IMG/VR virus record: IMGVR_UViG_3300043399_000877
Coordinates: 1 to 64,000 of that record
DNA: 64,000 bases
Reading direction: 5' to 3' (one strand)
This document shows positions 61,349 to 64,000 of the stretch, piece after piece. The position numbers and the translations under genes are program-made. The notes beneath the pieces are model-generated. The model was not told the DNA's origin, searched no databases, and worked only from the letters and a program-made list of their open reading frames with translations. The stretch's first letter is position 1, and every line of letters begins with the position of its first letter.

Positions 61349-63999
61349 TTAAATTTCTCGAAATCTTTAGCTGTGGCATGCCTTATGCTATGGTCGTCAA
61401 AATAAGAATAACCGCCGTTTTTGTTAATTACGGCAATTTCATTAAATGACGATCGCACCACTTGCAATAGGTCTCCGGTTTGTTGTCCTCCGGGTCTAGT
61501 TACAACTATCCAATCACCTGGTATAAATCCAGATTCAGGAGTTTTGTAACGATCCAAGTTTGCTGCAAATACTGTCTGTTTTGGAACCACCTTTTCGTTA
61601 TTGGTTCCTTTTTCCACCAACACATAATTATTATACTCTCGGTCGTCAATAACTATCATGTAGTCTCGGTCGTCGTTTTTGGAAATTTTAACAGTGTCAC
61701 CCAACGCAAAGCCATTGCGTCCTTTGGTAACTGGCATGGCGTTAATGGCATATATTGTACCGGCATAATCATTAGTACCAACGTCTTCTATTTCTATTCC
61801 CGGATCCCCGTAACGATCAACAAGACCGTCTTGAGTAATTTTTGCAAGAATATATTTACCTTGGCGTTCGTAAACAACATACGAGCCGGCTTTTACATCT
61901 GAGTCTTTGGCAAATAACGGGAATTTGCTTCTGTATTTTGCATAAGCAGAGCGGTCACTCATTATGATGGGTTCGGCTTCCGGCCAAGGAGAGTTTAATA
62001 CTTCGATAGCATATGTTGCAGATTTGTCGGGATCTTCTTTTATTTTTTCTTCGCCTGCTGGTATCCTAACATCGAAATACTTTGCATATCTCATATAATT
62101 GCGTGTATTTTTTGCTATAGCTGCTTCGCCCTTTTCAAATCTCTTACCCAGCACATGTATCGCATACCAGGTTGCCTCTTCTGAATCAGTTGCAAGTGCG
62201 GCTTCGCCTTCGGGGAAACTGTGAGCATCATGATCGAACGTCTGCAAATAATATTTTGCAAGTCCAGCGTTGTCGGCAAAACGCATACGCATCTTTTTAA
62301 AGTCATAACCGACATCAAAATACGCTGCACTCTCGGCGGCGTTCATTAGGTCACTTATTTTAGAATTTGGATCTTTTACCAGCTTATCTAGATTGTCTCG
62401 AATTTCTTTCTTAACTGTTGGTGAAATACTTGCAAGTTTGGTAGCCCATTCTTTACTGCGCTTTATAAGTGCCATTTGCAATTTGGGTGATGCAAGTTCA
62501 AGACTACCGTCTTCGTAGTCCCACACCCGCTGATTCTTGAGGTTCTTCTTAAACCAACGCTCGAATGCCACCCGGTCGTAAGACTTTCCGGGACCGATTT
62601 GTTTTGGTAAAACTGGAGCATTTTCAGAGCGGTTGCGTTCGCTGTTGTATATTTTTTCAATTGGAACAATGTACTTCCCGGAAAAGAACACAGCCTGGTG
62701 TGGTTCGTTGCTGTGTATAACACCGGCGCCCCGACTATCGGTTGCGTACTCGTACCCGAGTATTCGCATAATGCGATTCCATTCAACTGTTTTTTTAGGT
62801 GCAGGCTTGCTGCGTCCTTTTTGCCATTCAGTGATCATGTTTTGTACTGGGTCTGCTGATTCTTTTATCTCAATTCCCATTGCTGCGGCTTTTGATATAA
62901 ATTGTTCAACATCATCGGCTGAAACATTATCAGCTGGAAATGCTGCGTCAAGCTCAGCGTATGTTATAACTCCGGTTTGTTTGCCTTTTTTAAGTAACTC
63001 GTTCTTTTTGTCGACACCGGGTGCCGCCGGAGCGGCGGGGGTGTTGCCCAACGGTTCAAACTCAGTCTCCGGTGGTTCTGGTGCTGTTGGGGTGTTAGGT
63101 GCGTAATCCGGATTAGCTTTATAAAAGATCGCAAACGGTCGTTTTAACACGGTGCCATTTTCTTTATTTTTAAGAACAACACCATCCTTCTCGATACCGA
63201 TAACAGTAAAAAGTTTCTTGCCTTTTGGGCTGGTCGCGTTGGCATCATCACCGATTTTAAATTTTAATCCGGTTGTGTCTTTGACGTCGTTTCCGTAATC
63301 TTTGTTGGGATCATACAACTCAACATCTCCGTATGTTAAATCGAAGACCTCAGGGCCGTTATCCATGTCAATTTCTAAAGAACCCGATGATTTATATGCA
63401 TAAGAAACCGTTCCGGTTTTTTTATAATATTCATGACCGGGTTTTGTCACTATAACTTTATCACCATGGTGTATTAACTCCGTTTTTGGTAGGTTTTTTG
63501 GAGGCGCAGTCTTTTTCAGGTATTTGAGCGGTACCTCGATGTAATTGCTTTTAGGAGAACCAACCAAAGCCACTGATGCATGTGGCTGATCCATGTTATA
63601 GTCGTTGCCGTCAAAATGCATGCTCACAACCTTAGCCACAACTTTATCCGGTGCTTGGCTGTTGGACCAAGGTTTACTGTAATCCGTAAAAGCTGGGTTT
63701 ATTTCAACAAAATCACCCTTGCCAAAGTCGACCTTTATATCGCCCATTTTTTTCTTCTTGGCTAATTCCGCACCCATTACGCGAGTCACGTTCCACAACT
63801 TTGATATGTCAGGCCCGGCCTTGTCTTCTTCAAAACTAAATGCATTACTTAATGCTTCTTTTTCGATACGACTATATTCTTCTGGATCAAAGCCCTGTGA
63901 CGTCATATACTGACGCAATTTAGCCATATCGCGTTTGAACTGTTGTTCGGTATATCTTGCAATATCCAGTCCTGCATTGGCGTTACGCGGTGTAAACAC
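61345..63999 (-). CDS. Large multidomain protein (KOW/SH3-like modules, sigma70 1.1-like segment, helical repeats); probably continues beyond the window
   Basis: 884-aa open frame reaching the window edge; GDKVIVTKPG and GDWIVVTRPG KOW-like motifs; LLKKGKQTGVITYAELDAAFP segment. Confidence 0.7.
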   Translation of the reverse strand: MFTPRNANAGLDIARYTEQQFKRDMAKLRQYMTSQGFDPEEYSRIEKEALSNAFSFEEDKAGPDISKLWNVTRVMGAELAKKKKMGDIKVDFGKGDFVEINPAFTDYSKPWSNSQAPDKVVAKVVSMHFDGNDYNMDQPHASVALVGSPKSNYIEVPLKYLKKTAPPKNLPKTELIHHGDKVIVTKPGHEYYKKTGTVSYAYKSSGSLEIDMDNGPEVFDLTYGDVELYDPNKDYGNDVKDTTGLKFKIGDDANATSPKGKKLFTVIGIEKDGVVLKNKENGTVLKRPFAIFYKANPDYAPNTPTAPEPPETEFEPLGNTPAAPAAPGVDKKNELLKKGKQTGVITYAELDAAFPADNVSADDVEQFISKAAAMGIEIKESADPVQNMITEWQKGRSKPAPKKTVEWNRIMRILGYEYATDSRGAGVIHSNEPHQAVFFSGKYIVPIEKIYNSERNRSENAPVLPKQIGPGKSYDRVAFERWFKKNLKNQRVWDYEDGSLELASPKLQMALIKRSKEWATKLASISPTVKKEIRDNLDKLVKDPNSKISDLMNAAESAAYFDVGYDFKKMRMRFADNAGLAKYYLQTFDHDAHSFPEGEAALATDSEEATWYAIHVLGKRFEKGEAAIAKNTRNYMRYAKYFDVRIPAGEEKIKEDPDKSATYAIEVLNSPWPEAEPIIMSDRSAYAKYRSKFPLFAKDSDVKAGSYVVYERQGKYILAKITQDGLVDRYGDPGIEIEDVGTNDYAGTIYAINAMPVTKGRNGFALGDTVKISKNDDRDYMIVIDDREYNNYVLVEKGTNNEKVVPKQTVFAANLDRYKTPESGFIPGDWIVVTRPGGQQTGDLLQVVRSSFNEIAVINKNGGYSYFDDHSIRHATAKDFEKFN

Positions 64000-64000
64000 C

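Noticed and set aside
1-64000. Genome-wide TAG reassignment
   Set aside because: Long conserved genes (nrdA, nrdB, clpP, nadM) are intact under the standard code, coding density is high, and TAG serves as a stop for some ORFs.
1-64000. Transposons, integrases, introns or inteins in nrdA/nrdB
   Set aside because: No transposase or integrase motifs seen; NrdA (768 aa) and NrdB (375 aa) have normal lengths without insertions.

Overview
This window is part of a large T4-superfamily-like (jumbo myovirus-type) phage genome, almost entirely coded on the minus strand. The host is inferred to be an alphaproteobacterium, probably Rhodobacteraceae-like: the window carries a circularly permuted two-piece tmRNA, DUF1127 and DUF3563 small proteins, an alpha-type outer-membrane protein and hemO/pcyX. 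Layout: (1) 1-8.9 kb, an NAD+ salvage pair (Nampt + NadM-Nudix), kinase and phosphoesterase genes, AdoMetDC and hypotheticals. (2) 8.9-21.7 kb, an RNA-rich island with about 21 canonical-looking tRNAs (including an amber CUA tRNA and Thr-AGU), several aberrant tRNA-like RNAs, a ~1 kb GOLLD-like ncRNA and a second ~470 nt ncRNA. Both large RNAs follow a sigma70 promoter plus an rrn-type boxA and each contains an embedded tRNA-like domain. A four-unit array of covarying RNA hairpins sits directly downstream of a 578-aa TerD-like protein, and the units appear to display anticodon-loop mimics. AT-rich glycan-modification genes are interspersed. (3) 22-41 kb, host-takeover genes (ClpP, TilS, IF-1, HemO/PcyX, ClpS, Hsp20, bS21, tmRNA, ART-like protein, PAAR). 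(4) 41-48 kb, glutaredoxin, NrdAB, a beta-helix virion protein, a PD-(D/E)XK nuclease and NfuA. (5) 48-64 kb, late/structural genes with TATAAATA-type promoters, a lysis cassette and a large protein with an embedded sigma70 region 1.1-like domain. The best candidate for an undescribed system is the hairpin array at 12610-13014 together with the 13021-14757 protein. All RNA structures were folded by eye and no database searches were run.
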